A stretch of 64,000 bases of DNA from Tubulanus polymorphus (taxonomy: Eukaryota > Animalia > Nemertea). The position numbers and the translations under genes are program-made. The notes under the pieces are model-generated. The model did not search any database. It was not told the DNA's origin and saw only the letters and a program-made list of their open reading frames with translations. How positions within the stretch are numbered: position 1 is the stretch's first letter; every line of letters starts with the position of its first letter. Below are positions 14,187 through 55,434 of the stretch, one piece after another. The stretch spans positions 13,276,655 to 13,340,654 of the forward strand of contig NC_134033.1 of NCBI RefSeq assembly GCF_964204645.1, in the 5' to 3' direction.

Positions 14187-14864
14187 AGGCCAGATTTAGG
14201 GGTTGATCTCGAAGTCTGGACCCCTGCTTTTCCATCATGATTGCGCTTTTGTCGGAGCCAGTTTGACACTAATCCTATGAAAATTGCATCTTTTCGGATT
14301 TAAAGCCTTTTTATTATCAATCATTTCTACCTAATTTGATTTGCAATAGAATTGTTGAATTGCCTTACTAAACTAAAATATTGCTGCAATAACAGGTAAG
14401 TATGTCATGTAATTAACTATCGCAGGATCTTGACCGTGTGTAGTGCCTAACAAATGTGGGCATAAATGTAAATGTTTTGTATTTTATCTTATCATTGACA
14501 TGAATTTAATTTGTGTTGTTTGTTTTTGTCAGGGCTTTTGGGCTCATATACATCCATGTTGTGCACTGTGTTACACCTACGAAAATATTTCTGTATGTTC
14601 CGATATGAAAAGGCTTGCTTGAAAGGCTCGCTAACGAGTTAATGGCCCGTGTTATTAGTTCTCCCATTCCTATGCAATAGGTAATATACAGAATTGAATT
14701 GAATCGTTTGACAGTTAGCCTGACATGACATTGGACCTAATCAATACGAGAAAGACTATCTATAACTATTGTACTATAGTTGACCTACCTATAGCCAAGC
14801 TATACTAGCGGAGAGATAACAACCATGACCACGATCTAAGATACCAGATCCATTCATCCCTTAC

Positions 14865-15364
14865 TCGCCAATTCAGCTCATATTGCGGAAAAAACAAATT
14901 TGTCATCAAAACCGCTGTTCTTTATTTGATGTCCCCCACCGATTGCTGGCCATAATTTATTAATTTCTTCAACCCGTCGCCCGCTAATCGATCTCATCGA
15001 TAGAAACGTGTTATGAAAAATTGAAGCAGTCCTATATACGCCGGAATTCAGATGGGAAAACCCTTTTGTATAGATGTGGAGTGAATTGGAAATAAGAATT
15101 ATATTTCAGCGGGAGTGTTTACTGGGATGGCAATGGCTGCTACGTTGACGTCCTGACAGTAAATGACGTTAACGTAAACGTTCATGGTTTCGATTTACTG
15201 ACATTTCTGATCGGGCCCTAAGCATGATTACCGTTATCTATGCATGATAGGGCTTAGTTCGGTATAGAGCCTTGACTCTCAAGTCATGATGGATGGTTTT
15301 ATCCAGGATATTATTTGCGGTCTACTTTTTAAAAAGCTAGGCCCTAGCACTTGAGTCGCTCGCC
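14865..15364. promoter_or_regulatory. Probable bidirectional promoter between genes A and B
   Basis: Gene B ATG at 15365. Gene A has an acceptor at 13698-13697 just upstream of its ATG and a candidate non-coding first-exon donor (GA|GTAAGG, 14864-14863), so both starts lie within about 500 bp. TGACGT motifs near 15146 and 15164. Confidence 0.55.
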
Positions 15365-42154
<26,790 letters not shown>

Positions 42155-43790
42155 AATTGTAATTTATCGTTAGTTCGCGACTAAGTTAGTTTACCTCAAA
42201 ACTCAATTGTGTAGGAGGCTTGTTGATCGTAAGTATTTTATGTAAAGTGGCAAAAGACTGTAGGGAATTCATTCATATACGCAACGAATTTCAAGTTATT
42301 TTCTGTATATACATCAACCAGTTAGGTACGAAGATGATAGATAATATATACTTTTAGATAACCAGTGGGTTGGGCTTTCTATTCACTTTTCGTTTATCAC
42401 TTCAGTAGGCAGAATTGGATTGCCTTCGATATGGTATGTCTACCAAAGCCATTGCAACAAAACGCATTGTTTGGTACATTGAACGAAACAATGCATTTTT
42501 TTCTCAATCCACAGTTGCGTAAAATGTTGTCAATATAGATCTGATTGTTAAAAGCATTTCACCGTCGAGGTGGGCATAGTGTCAGTGGACCCTTTATAGT
42601 TGATAATAGTGTATGCAAAAAAAACGTTGTTATAGGTAAAATATGTGTATAAACGATTTTGTGAAAGATATGTCTTCTAACTTGTCTCAAAATTATGGCA
42701 AATGGCTGTTTTTAGATATATGTACCATATTAATAATCATATATTACTACTACTTTCAAGGATTCAGTAACGAATTCAGTTCATTAACGAAATCCAAGTA
42801 TTTTTGTGATTATTTGATTTTCTTAACGAAACATGAAGTACAGAATGACAAAGTTGTATGAAAATAACTCTTAAAAAAACATTCTACTTTATTGAATTTT
42901 CAGATAATGCATCAGTATTCCCAACAGGTTTCATCATTCCATTCCAATGTAATTAACTAGTTCATGCAGATCATCGTGTTTCATTGTGAAATCTGATTTC
43001 ATTCCAAATATATTCCATTTTGCCATCATAACATAAGTATTCTTAAGCTTAACACGCTGCTGGTAACGGTGTACACAATTATATACCAGTTAATCACAAT
43101 ACAAAGAAGAAAAGCCAAAAGAAGCTAGACACGCTCGGATCCACTCATGGACGTTACGATTATGGAAAAGCCTGAAAAAATGTACATTGACATCATAATT
43201 TGTTTGCCAACCAATGCTGGAGACTTGTCAAAAAACAAAATAAAAAGGGATTTACAAACTTAAAGGTTATATAATGTACTGCACGGTAAATCACATGTTG
43301 TTTATGACCACCAATATGGCGTATTCACGTAGAAAAGGCACATGGCTGCAAGAGCTCTGTAGTTTTTACACGTCCATGATAAGGCTAATCGAGTGGCCTT
43401 TGTTAAGTTACTGGTAGTGCCAATGTATTGTAGAAAGGAGGCCTCCGCAATGTTGTCTGTTTATGTTCAGGATATTTAATTGTTTCTGCCTTGTAATGTT
43501 CCACATTTTAAGTACCTAGCTATGCCCAAGCGCAACCTGGGATTGTTAGTTTTCAAGGCGGCTACCTGAGTAACTGGTACTAAGGGATAGATAGATTTAT
43601 TTTTTTGTGAAAGAACTTTGTGGAAAAAATAACACCCCCATACTCAATCAGTTTTAGAACTTGAGGTTTAGCAAGAAATCAATTAAGCAGTGATGCTCTC
43701 CTTTCTCATTTCAGAAGTATCACAAATCTTGTAATAAGACATCCAACATTTTTGGGTAAAGGCCACAAATAGTTTCACTGACTCATCTCT

Positions 43791-43939
43791 GGGGTCATTC
43801 ATTTATTACGTATTGGGTGAGGGGTCAGTGCAATTGCATTCTGTAATGCTTTATGTATAAGAAAAAATGGCCAGTTTTGTGTACAGGGGAAGGTTGAAAA
43901 ATTCAAATTTTATGTGTACGTAATAAATGAATGATCCCT
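43791..43939. mobile_element. MITE family 3 (GGGrTCATTCATTTATT TIR)
   Basis: TIR GGGGTCATTCATTTATTACGTA / TACGTAATAAATGAATGATCCC; relatives at ~53998-54124 and 55435-55765. Confidence 0.7.
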
Positions 43940-44961
43940 AAGAGATGATATAGATGTAGTGGGTCGCTTGTCAAATAAACTGAAAAAAACCATAACTTAA
44001 CTGCTTTGCATTTTCATTTGCTTATATTATATACCTGTGTGAAGAATTTATGTATACATTTTATAGAAAAATATAATTTGTAAATATTGTTGATAATTTA
44101 GATATATATGTGAGTGTAAGATAGATATAGAATTGCTGTCAACTGCGGTTAATCGGCAGAACATGGAGCCAAGTTTTTTGGCTTGGATGTCCATTTGGTA
44201 ATATATACATTTCTCTGCCATGAATAAAAAAAACCTGATCAGTTCAAATTATTGTTGATATTCAAAACTGTAAAAAGCTAAATGGAACATTTTCTATTAC
44301 AGATACTTAGATCAGCTACTCCCATTCACATCCTGATACCTGATTCTCTGATAAAAGGCATATTTGACTATGTGGACCTTGTGAGTCCAAAACTTGAAAT
44401 GTAAAAAAATGAGTGTACATAATATGCGTGGTGATAGCGATAGATTCCAAATTACAATATAAATGAAAAAGTACTAAAGCTGGAATGTGAAATTGGACAA
44501 TGGCTGGGAGTGACCATTTGAAACAGTTGAAAAATTAACAGATTTCGTACTTCTCCGTTTCATATTGTGGGAATCTATTGAAAAAATATATGCATAAAAT
44601 GTTCTCTTACAAAATGATCGTAACAAATTACAGATTATGAATTACCCATTGGACAGATTGTTTCAAAAATATATGTAGGCCTACGGATTAAGTACTCGTG
44701 CATGTATGAGGGCTGAACTGGGGACTGATGAACCAAAGTTGACTGTGTTTGTAAATATTGTTACGTGTAAATACAATGAGAGAGAGTGAGAGTGAGAGTG
44801 AGAGAGAGAATTATGTACCGTACATGTATAGTGAATTTTCTTATTTTGATATAGAACGCGGTGGTCATAGTGAGAATTATATCACACAACAATTAGTTTC
44901 TTTTAAGAATATTTTTTACAGTTGTGCAATGATGAATTTGTACTAGAAAATCTACTCATTA

Positions 44962-45176
44962 GGCTAAAAAGAATCGATACCTTGTTTCTAATTTCTGCTG
45001 AGCTTAAAAGTTGACCCGGCCGGCCTCCTATCTACCCTGTACATTACTTTTTTAAATCGTGATAAAGCTAACAATAACTGACCCGGCAGCTATAAAAATG
45101 AACTGGATTACAAATCTTATTGCACTTTACGAAATGACCCGGCCGATTAGGAGAAACAAGGTATCATTTTTTTGCC
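44962..45176. mobile_element. PIF/Harbinger (Tourist-like) MITE, family 1 copy 2
   Basis: Same TIRs and internal sequence as 3501-3730; TTA TSD on both sides. Confidence 0.85.
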
Positions 45177-46419
45177 TTATATATGTAATATATTTTACGG
45201 TTTTGGCAAATTTGAATTATACTAAATGATATGTACACATTTGTATTCCATTAAACTTATTTTGTATCGATCCGATCTGATCTATTTAAAAGATTGCATA
45301 TCCGTTTCTACGCTGACTAAAACGCTATAAAACCCATTGATGAAAAGGCAAGAAAGTTCTGATGGATTAACGAGCTAAAAAACCCTACTAGTTTAGACTA
45401 ATATTTTTCATTAGACTCTTAACTAGGGATTATACATTGTAATAAGGTAAACAGCTATGCACGTGTGTGAACATGCCAATTCAGTATACTCGGCGAATAA
45501 TCTCAATTTGCTTTACATTTTAACTGGTTTGTCGTTTAGACATAGAACGTTCGTATTAATATCTCTTAACGTATCTGAAAGATTTGCCCATACTTCATCA
45601 ACCTGCAGCTATCAAACTGCTGTCTGTATGCATCCCCTCACACGTTCATCGGACATTCATTATTTTCCCAAAACATGGTCAGACATCGCCAGCCCCTATA
45701 CCCCAGACATATTCTTTGAAAATGAATTAGGGTGTCATGTCTGAACCATCAATTTTAGACAGACATTTACCATGAAATAAATGTGTCGTTTAGACATCGC
45801 CATTCAAAAGGTGATCGTCTGGAGGGGCGGGTACCGACGGCAGATTGGCGGCTGCATTTGTCTGGACATAAATCTTCATTTTTTTGCTTGTGAAATTAAA
45901 TTTTGAAAAATTGTTGGAACTTATATTTATTCATTAAATAAATCTTACAAGGACCAATAATCCCCAATATATTGGCCCAACTTATGACATTTTTCCCATT
46001 GGCAATGTATGATGTCCCAAAGCTTCGTATACGTTCCATGACTCTGTTAGAAAATCGCTTTGAAAAATTATGTCAATAAACATTTCATCTGTATACATTC
46101 TAGTTTACATTTTATTTTTCATCTTTATTTAAGGAAGGAACGATGGTACTCGCGATACGTTGACAAATAGTTTAAATAAGACACGAAAAATGACTTGAAA
46201 GTTAATCGAAGCCTTGAGAAATAACACATATATTGATATTGTCGACTGAACTGACCGATAATCAAGCAGTCTACCTATATTAGCCCAATACACTGATGAC
46301 AGTGCACATCCTCTCAAAAATAATTATTGAAATCTATTGAAAATAAGATAAAAGTGTGATGAAATATATTCAATTGCAAAGTAAACGGAAAAAAAACACC
46401 GGACTGAAACATACATGCT

Positions 46420-46710
46420 GGGCTAACCAGGATACAAGAGAGCTACGGTACAAAAACATATCTTAACTTTTGTAGCAAGAGATACAAAAAAGGAACTCCA
46501 TCGACAATCTCCTTGCCTTAAAGTCTGCTGAGGAAACCACCAATTAAGTATTCAAAACGCGAAGAAAGCCAGGGCAGACAAAATCGAAAAGTATGCATGC
46601 AAACCCAGATGAAATTTGGTCAACCTTCCGAACAATGACCAAAAATCACCCTAGAGATCATCGTCAGGTGACAATGATCTCTAGGGTAAGATCGAAACGT
46701 CGTGTCTTTT
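46420..46710 (+). mobile_element. Penelope-like retroelement remnant with inverted hammerhead-ribozyme-type terminal motif
   Basis: TGACAATGATCT-ctagggta-AGATCGAAACGTCGTGTC, preceded by an inverted partial copy that reads CCTGACGATGATCTCTAGGGT on the minus strand; degenerate basic ORF fragment upstream. Confidence 0.5.
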
Positions 46711-47951
46711 ATATGTTTTAGATTGAATAAATAAATTTCTGGTTTTTAAATTCTTTTAATCTGTAAATAGTGGGATTTTATCTTATTATCCGTTCACCAC
46801 GTTTGAGTGTGGTTATCGTTCTATACGGGATTATGATATTCTTTTGAGCTCTGCGTTTTGTGGTCAGGTCATTACGGATAGGCTAGTTTCTTGAGAGCAG
46901 TTCTTATATGTTTGATTTTTTTATCTAAAAACATTCGATCACAAATACGTAGAGCTAGAAGAAATAATCCTTGGTTAATTTGATATCTTGCACTTTCGAT
47001 ATTTTCCTTTTCGATTTTGTTTGTGTTGCTACATGGGTATACCTACCTTTCCTTTGCTTTTTCTCCATTACCGGTACGGTGCAATTAAGGCCCTGAGAGG
47101 ATAACCTAATTCTTTCTAACATTTATTATCCGAAGATTGTTTCGCTGCTCTGTTTCAGTGGGCCAACGAGTTGTTGTTTGTGAAATCTGAATTTGAACAT
47201 AATTTGTATTTTGAATTTTTAAACTATTAACTTTGACGTGGAGAAAGTTTTTAAAAAAATAGAACAATCTACTGTTCGGATAATTATCATTTAATTATCT
47301 AGCTCTACCGCTGAAAATGGATCCAATATGATTTATTGTCTTGGGATACCACAAGACACGAATGACGTAAACTAAGCAAGATAAGGCCTCATGTACAAAT
47401 AAGGTAGACTGAGTATATTAATCGAATAGTTTATGTATTCGCCACAGTATTTAGGGGCAGCACTAGACGATTGAGACAGAATTTTACAGGTTTTGTTCGA
47501 TATTTAGGACTACCCGGTTTTGAAAGGACTGAAAAGAGTACCTGCCTGAGCTAGGACGGCTCCGCAAAAATCAAAACTGTCTGTACGGATTGATGATTTT
47601 CTGTATAAGCCCTTCCAAACGCAGTGATAAAGAAAATATCCCCGTATTTATTCCATTGATTAACCCAGACTTTCATTTTGAGAATATATGTAAGGGTTAC
47701 TTTAAAACCATCGCGTTTCGTCATCTTCACTCACCAGAGGGCGTTGAGAGTTCTGTGTGGTGAAGATGCGACCTGAAATTGGGTTCAGATTTGGAATGAA
47801 ACTGCGTCACAAACGAGGAATTTGACGAGGACGATCGGGGAATCGGAACCACAACCTAAATGCGCGCTCGCCTTTTATTCAATCGAAGGGATTTCTAACT
47901 GGGAATATTCGATACTTTTGACCGGAAATTATAAATAACTTTTGTTGTCAA

Positions 47952-50900
47952 ATGAAAATGGCTGCCATCCTGGGCAGCAATGGCGGCGGCGGCGGACTAG
48001 CAGCAGCAAACCGTCCTCCTCTTCCTTCGAGGATGTTAATCGTGGCGATCGTGTTGTTATCGGGGCTGGTTTCCCGTGCAATAGCTACTATAGGATGTTC
48101 GGAAGTAAGACATTCGTATAAAATGAAAGGTTTCGACGAGTGGGAAGTGCCGTTCAAAGCGATTTCAGGTAAGCCGTTTCTACATTTGTTCATTCATTCT
48201 CTCGCATGAAAAAGAAATATCGATTTCTTATAATCACAGTCAGTGTTTGTTAAGATTTTATGTGAATCATCTGACCGTATGTGTCTAGTCTTGCTTTCTT
48301 CAGTTTTTCATAATCTTTTATGCACAGAAATATGAATTGTACTCTTGTTAAAACAAGCAATCGATCAATCAACCCAATGTTGTTATAATTTAGGATAAAT
48401 CAAGTCTTGAATGTATCAATTGAATTAGCAATTGCTATAAATGCTGGTGCTGTTTGTACTAATAGATGGTATGGCATTTGGCTGGGATACTGCGTTGAAG
48501 ATCATTTTACACTACACTGCTTATTTATCATAATTTATAGTTCTAAGCTCTATGCTGAAATGATAAATCTTTAGAACTGGGTGGGTTGTAAGGAACGTGG
48601 CCTTTAGAATCTGCGTTTTGTTTGTTGTTTTTATATGTATGACATCTAGTCGGTAGCTTGCTGGAGTCGTAAATTGATTTGTGCCGTTTATTTTTGCATC
48701 TCAGGAAAGCGGTTAGACAGCTCCTTGTCAAACTGTATTTGTTTTGGGTCATTGGAAAAACAAATCCGGGTTGATTCAGTGGTCGGGTGTCCTATATACG
48801 CTAAAAACAGCTGCGCCTCGTCTGTGCAACTGTATTCCTCAGTAGTTTCAACGGCAGGAAAAAATATCCTTCAAGAAGGACTTGTAGACTTTTTTGTTGA
48901 GAAAGGGGTCCTTATTAAGGGAGTGCCTTTCGACATTTAGTCGCTATACAAATGACAAGTGCATTGAATTCAGTCATTCACATCGTGGCCCCATTGAATT
49001 GCTCACATGCACCACGCTGTTCTTCACTAATCAATTTCTATAAATTAATTTTCCAGGTGAACATTTACAGATATGCCCTCAAGGGTTTACGTGTTGCACA
49101 AAGGAGATGGAAGCGAAATTTTCCAAAAAAAGCATCAGCGATTATAAGAAATTTTCAGGCGAAACTATGGACGTCCTTCAGAATACGTTTCGCTCGCGAA
49201 CGCAGAAGTTTGACAGTATGTATCACAAATCAGTGCAGCATTTATTTCTTGTGAAAGCAAAATGAGGGTCTTTTATATACATTGCTTTTATGGGCGGAAA
49301 AAGAAATCAATTCTTCGCAAAATCATTCAATTTTAGAAATGTTCTTCCAAACTTTTTTTCCTAACAACAAACTTAAGGAGACCTTGTTAGAACAGATACT
49401 AAGATCGTTCGTTATATCCAGTATGAAATTATTGAAATTGTCCTTATAGGATTATATTCTAGATTTGTAATAGGCCTAACCGATTAATGGTTATATCTGA
49501 GTTTTGTCACAACCAGGTTCCACTGAAACGTTTCTGACTGCTTATAATTGTGGTTAGGTACCGTTAAAAAAAGAATATACGAAATCTGAAATCTTTACGT
49601 ATTGGTTTACATGTTACTGTGGGTTTTGGCCGTTCGTCAAGCAGAAGGTTATAAGAGTGCTGATCATGAGTAATGATTAACACATGATTTTAATATAAAG
49701 CACCGTATGTGTACCTGTATAGAACACTTGTACGGGCTATTCACACAGACTGACTGCATTCCATTTCAATGACGTCATCTTCTGGGAAATCAGAGGTCAC
49801 AATGCTTGCACCCACATATCTTTTTTCGTTATAAGTGAATAAATGATTGTGAGCCAGACAAATTTGCACGATTATGATAATTGCGTTTGCACTATTTGCA
49901 TTATTGGCAAAATAGCCATGTATGAGTTCACTATTCAATGACTTCAAAGGTCAATAATACATTAATGTGGGTGGTTGCTCAAGCCAGCGAGTTATACAGG
50001 GATCTGTTTGCCTCGATTTAAAAGAATTTCTAAGTTTTCAACGACAAAATCTATTCAAAAATTGGTCCCACTGAACAGAGCAAAGAATTGTATCATTACA
50101 AACATTTTGTATGTTGTATGAAATAACATGTTGATGTACTCCTATAACAGAATTTACACAAGCCAGAGTTATACACAGGGGGACTGTATGATGCCGTAAT
50201 CTAAAACAGAATCGCTAAGTTTTCAACAGGAAAAAACTATCAGAAAATCCACCCCATTGAACGGCGTTGCATCATAATATAAACATCCTGAATACTGTGG
50301 AACCTGTTGATGTACTGGACAAAATATTATACATGATAATATATTGGTATATTGGACAAAATACATGAAATAACCTAATTGAAACGCCAAGTAATAATCG
50401 CACCCTCCACCAATTGACATTATTGTGGTGAATGATTTGTTATTCCGAGAACAAATCTTAGTACCTTGGGTAGGTGTTGATTTTGGGGTGAAAAAAAGGT
50501 TTAGGTCACCGGATCTTTCACTTAGAAAAAAACACCTTATCTTCCTAAAAAAAAACCTTATCTTCCTGTTCTATTTCATGAAATTTTTACGCTTTTTTTT
50601 TCTTGCAGGATTTTTCACGGAATTATTGGAAAAAGCGAAAAGGGATCTTCACGACATGTTCGTTCGTACGTATGGTTTACTGTATCAACGCAACTCTTTC
50701 GTTTTCACGAATCTATTTCACGATCTACAAAGTTATTACAAAGGCGAAGATCAAAATCTCAGCGACGTGCTCGACCAGTTTTTCACCGTTTTAATGCAAA
50801 AAATGTTCGAACTGTTGAACGCGCAATATCAATTCGATCAGACGTACTTGAACTGCGTGACAGAGTTCATGGATAAGTTGAAGCCGTTCGGCGACGTGCC

Positions 50901-53900
50901 GCAAGTTCTGTCGCATCAAGTGAAACGGGCGTTCATAGCGGCGCGTACGTTCGTACAAGGTCTGGCGGTTGGACGAGGCGTTATCGAGGAAATTACGAAG
51001 GTAAGATATGCAAATATGGAAAACTCGGGAATCAGGGGAAAAAAATGGAGAAATTTGAATAGATTTTGTGACAAAAAAGATGCTATTGACCGCGCAATTC
51101 TTAAGTATCAATACATCATTCACGAAAAATGGTAGCTTTTGAAACCAACAATTTCTCCATTCACCTGTTGTAGATTCATTCGGGGGATTATGTCTTAGAT
51201 TTCATGGAGAAATCGGGGAATTCGGAATAAAGTGGTCGCTGATAGTTAGTGTTGATAACCTCCTCAGTATAGCAGCATAGCCAGCGCGTCGAGAATAGAT
51301 TATAAGATTAAATCCCATTTATATGTACAGATGTACTGTATCTCGGGAAAGCGTCTGAAACGTTGTATACTGATTCGCATTTTCAATAGATAGATTTTGC
51401 TTTTTAACCAATCATGGGTTTTAATGCATCATCGATGCGTGGGTCTGGTACCTTGCAATTCGTAAGGACAGCCCTAAAGGCTTGCATTGCATCATCATTT
51501 AACATATTTTATTTATTCCAATCATATATGATATGAATGTAGTTAATGAAAATGAAATAGATATTATTATCATACTGCTTGATCAGGGAAAATGTCGCTG
51601 TCTGATTTCTCAGTCGTAAGCTCAGTGGCTTCCTAGTATAATGAGAACAGAAGCCGAGTGTTATAAGTCGTTACTCGCATCGATTAATTATATATCTTCA
51701 GGTTCAGCCGACTGCGTCTTGTAAGAAAGCTTTGATGAAGATGATATATTGTCCTCACTGTCGAGGGTTACCGCGTGCGTTGCCGTGTCAGAACTTCTGT
51801 CTGAACGTAATGAAAGGTTGTCTCAGTTACCATTATAACCTCAATACCGAGTGGAATAATTATGTGGGTAAGTTCAAATTAACTGTCTGTAGGGATCAAC
51901 CTATTGTTCAAAGCTGGCGATTTTGTACCCAGGGTCCTTTCAATTCCTCGATTCCTTAATAACTCCTTCTAAAAAAAAAAGGAAAAATAATTTCAAAGGT
52001 GCTTGAATCTCCTTTAATTTGAGCAAAACGCCCAAAACTCTTGAGAAATTTAGGCAATTAGAAATATTTGTAGTTGTACAATCAGTAGACTTCCTAAATC
52101 AGTACAGTTGGGATCAGGATTTTATTTTTACTCAATTAGGCTGTTACCAAATTAGAATCGGAGTTCAGTATGTTAAAAGATAAAGATTTGCTTATTAAAC
52201 TACCTAATTAATGGTATGCCGAGATGAAAGTACTGATTTAGGAGTCTCGAAATTTGAAATGTTCTTAATATATAGGAACCCTCCTGGTACATTATCTTGG
52301 TGCCATTTCTGTCACATCACTTAGATTATTATCGTTGATATATTCACTCGTCTGTTTTATAGATGCACTGATGTCGTTAGCGGAAAGATTAGAAGGTCCT
52401 TTCAACATCGAAGCCGTCGTCGATCCTATAAATGTAAAGATCTCCGACGCGATCATGAATTTCCAGGAAAATAGCGGCGAAGTCTCGTCTAAGGTATCGT
52501 GTGTTATTGAATCTCTTTCTCCAGTGTTTTATAGCTCGGTATTTACATTAGAACTCACTTACTCTGATGACTACGTCCTCCCTGGATTACTCCTAATTAA
52601 GTAAAATCTTAATTATTAATGATAGTTCGAAATGGATACTGGTTACATCTCAAATGAAGTGAATATCTGCAAATAATTTAGCATTTTACTGTTGTTCCAG
52701 GGAGGTTTGCCCAAAATTAAAATGAAAACATTTTACTCCTGTATCATTCCCCCCAAAAAATTTCCCATAGCTGTCCCTGGTTAACAGCTAGTGCGCTGTT
52801 GGAATTATTAGAAACTCTGTCAGTACATGTTCGATACAATCCTACATAAGCTGATAGCTAAATGACGTGTTGTTTAATGATTGCAGGTATTTGCCGGATG
52901 TGGCCAGCCTCGTTTGTCCGGACGGCGCAAACGTGACACCCACGAGGAATATCCGTTCGGCGATTGGAATTACAATAACAATAAAAACTATGTGCGCCCG
53001 ACGACAGCCGCCGGGACTAGTCTCGACCGTTTGGTGCGAGACATCAAAGGCAAAGTGAAGATGGCGAAAGACTTTTGGGCGAATATATCGTACGCGGTGT
53101 GCGATGATCCGAAAATAGCCAGCAAGGAAAAAGATGACGCTTGTTGGAATGGCCTCGGAAAGGCAAAGTTAGTATAGAAATACTTTGTTAGCATTTTTGT
53201 GCCACTTTTCAAAAATGCCCGTGAGGCAACTTGGCTATTTCGTACATTTGTCATAATGATGTTAAGACACTCCAGTTAAAATTTAGCTTGTTTTAAAACA
53301 GATAGCATGATCTAATGTCTTTATCAATTTAACTTAAGAGGACTTCAGGATACAGGTCTTAATAAGACCAGAATGGACTAGCAGTTGATCTAAATTTACT
53401 CTTTTAGTACAATTGCTAGCCCATTCTGGTCCTCTAAAGGTCTGTATCGGGTATGTGCTGCGAAAACTGACTGAGCTAGGCTCTATCCAACGTCCTCTCC
53501 AAGTCAAGTTGAAATAGACAATACAGGCTAACTGATTGTTCCTAGATAGTTGTTTTGTCACTCTTTGACAGAACCTAAAAATTGCTAAGTATCATATTAG
53601 CATGTTCCTATCTGACCTTAAAAGTGTCCTTATAAGGACCAGGTTCGGTGAGTTTCGTATAAACGTTTTCAATTCTCAATTTCTAGATATATGCCTGGAG
53701 TCAGTAAAGATGGTCTAGACAATCAAGTCAGTAATCCAGAGGTTGAGGTCGATATAATGAAAAAGAACTCAATTATTGAACAGCAAATACTGCAGTTACA
53801 GTTGATTACTGGCAAACTACAAAGCGCTTACAACGGACAAGAAGTTGATTGGATTGACACAGGTATTTATATTATATTGATCGTCCGATAGTGAAAATTA

Positions 53901-55190
53901 GTATATAGAATATGACTCAATTTCGATGATTCACTTTGAAATCTGATGAACTATTATTTAGTCATCGGTAATGTCAGCTGGAATGATTATCATTATTGAT
54001 CATTCATTTATTAGGGGCAAGTGTAATTGCGTACTGTGATGCTTGTATATGAAAAAATGGTCGATTTTGCGTACAGGATTGAATAAGTCAAATTTTATAC
54101 GTACGCAATAAATGAATGATCCCTAATAGCCTATTGATAAGTTATCCTTGATTCACTCGATTAACTCCAGTGTTCTCGCTGAGGGGTTTATAGAACACTC
54201 TAACCCACTTTAGTCGAAGCTATTTGGATTCATTGCCTTAGCAGCTATTCATGTGTTTGGGAACGGTTGAGACGATTTTTAGACATTTTGACATTTCGAA
54301 ATATTGATCAACTGTTTGAACTAGGATGTTAGTCTGTATCCTCGACGAGGGGAATATCAGAGGCCATAGAAATGAGGTTAGAGTGTCCTGCCCTAGTAAA
54401 TAGAATTAAATCTTGAATGTCTGAAGTCATATTTGCTGCTTTATTCGGGCATCTGGCTTATTAGTTTATTGAGTTAAAAATGCTTGTGGAGTTAAAAGCT
54501 TTATTTTTCGAAAGGGCACTAGATAATCGCGACCGTATTGCTCAATATGGCACATACATATGTACATCTTCACCCGTCAAGGGATTCGAACACACTACGC
54601 TTAAAGCTGTTCCCCGAATCCCTTGACCTCACGAGTCGTTGGAGTCGTTACTAGCCGACCAGAATCCAGTCGTACCAATCACAGACTTGTAACAAACCGT
54701 CAGTAGACTTCTGTCGGTTTTCCCGTTAAATTGACCAATCAGCGAACGTTTTACCGAACGCAAATCGATATATGACATCACGCGCAACAGCGCCAGTAAT
54801 GAAATCACGCTTCGTGAGGCCAGGGGGCTGGAGGAAGCGAGTTCGGGAGTGATACCGGACCCCTGGCAAGCGAGGATGACATATGAAGTAATTTCATGTA
54901 GTAGTACTCATTCAATATAACATTATTTTGCAGCTGATTCAGATGGTAGCAGCGGTAGTGGTCAATCCAGCGGCAGCGGTTCCGGAGACGGACAGGACGT
55001 CAACAGCGGAATCGGTTTTAACGATTACACGCTACCACCGGTGCAACCACCCGGCAATAAAGGTGTACGGACGCATACGGGCCTTTCGATCGATGACAAT
55101 AAAAATGCCGCGCCCGGCGGTAGTATTACGACAACAATCACGACGATATTACTTCCGTTTTTACTCGTTTTAATACAGCACTTACGTTGA
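47952..55190 (+). CDS. GPC4/6: Glypican, GPC1/2/4/6 (dally-like) subfamily, ~592 aa
   Basis: 8 exons: 47952-48168, 49057-49215, 50609-51000, 51702-51867, 52363-52493, 52887-53167, 53687-53862, 54934-55190 (1779 nt). Motifs [107 protein letters not shown]; SG heparan-sulfate attachment cluster ([15 protein letters not shown]); hydrophobic GPI signal. Confidence 0.97.
51930..52283. mobile_element. MITE family 2 copy 2 (glypican intron 4)
   Basis: CAGGGTCC.. start, ..TAGGAACCCT end, internal similarity to the other two copies. Confidence 0.75.
53998..54124. mobile_element. MITE family 3 copy
   Basis: GATCATTCATTTATT ... AATAAATGAATGATCCCT. Confidence 0.65.
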
Positions 55191-55434
55191 TATAGTCCAC
55201 ATTTTTCGACACATTTGTACGAAGATTGAAATAACGATTGTATATTATTATAAGAATATTTAGGATGTGCTCTGGTTGTAAATATGAACGTGGACTTTTG
55301 TGGTCGATCAGATTATTTCTATATGCAAAAAAAAGATTTGGGAGGTTGAGTTTTGGATGCTTGTATTCTTGGAGTTTAAATATTGCTGTTAGATCTGTGT
55401 AATTACATTTAGTGCATTGGATATCGCATCTCAA

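Noticed and set aside
48952-55173. ORFs 48952-49254 and 54928-55173
   Set aside because: Wrong-frame overlaps of glypican exons 2 and 8.
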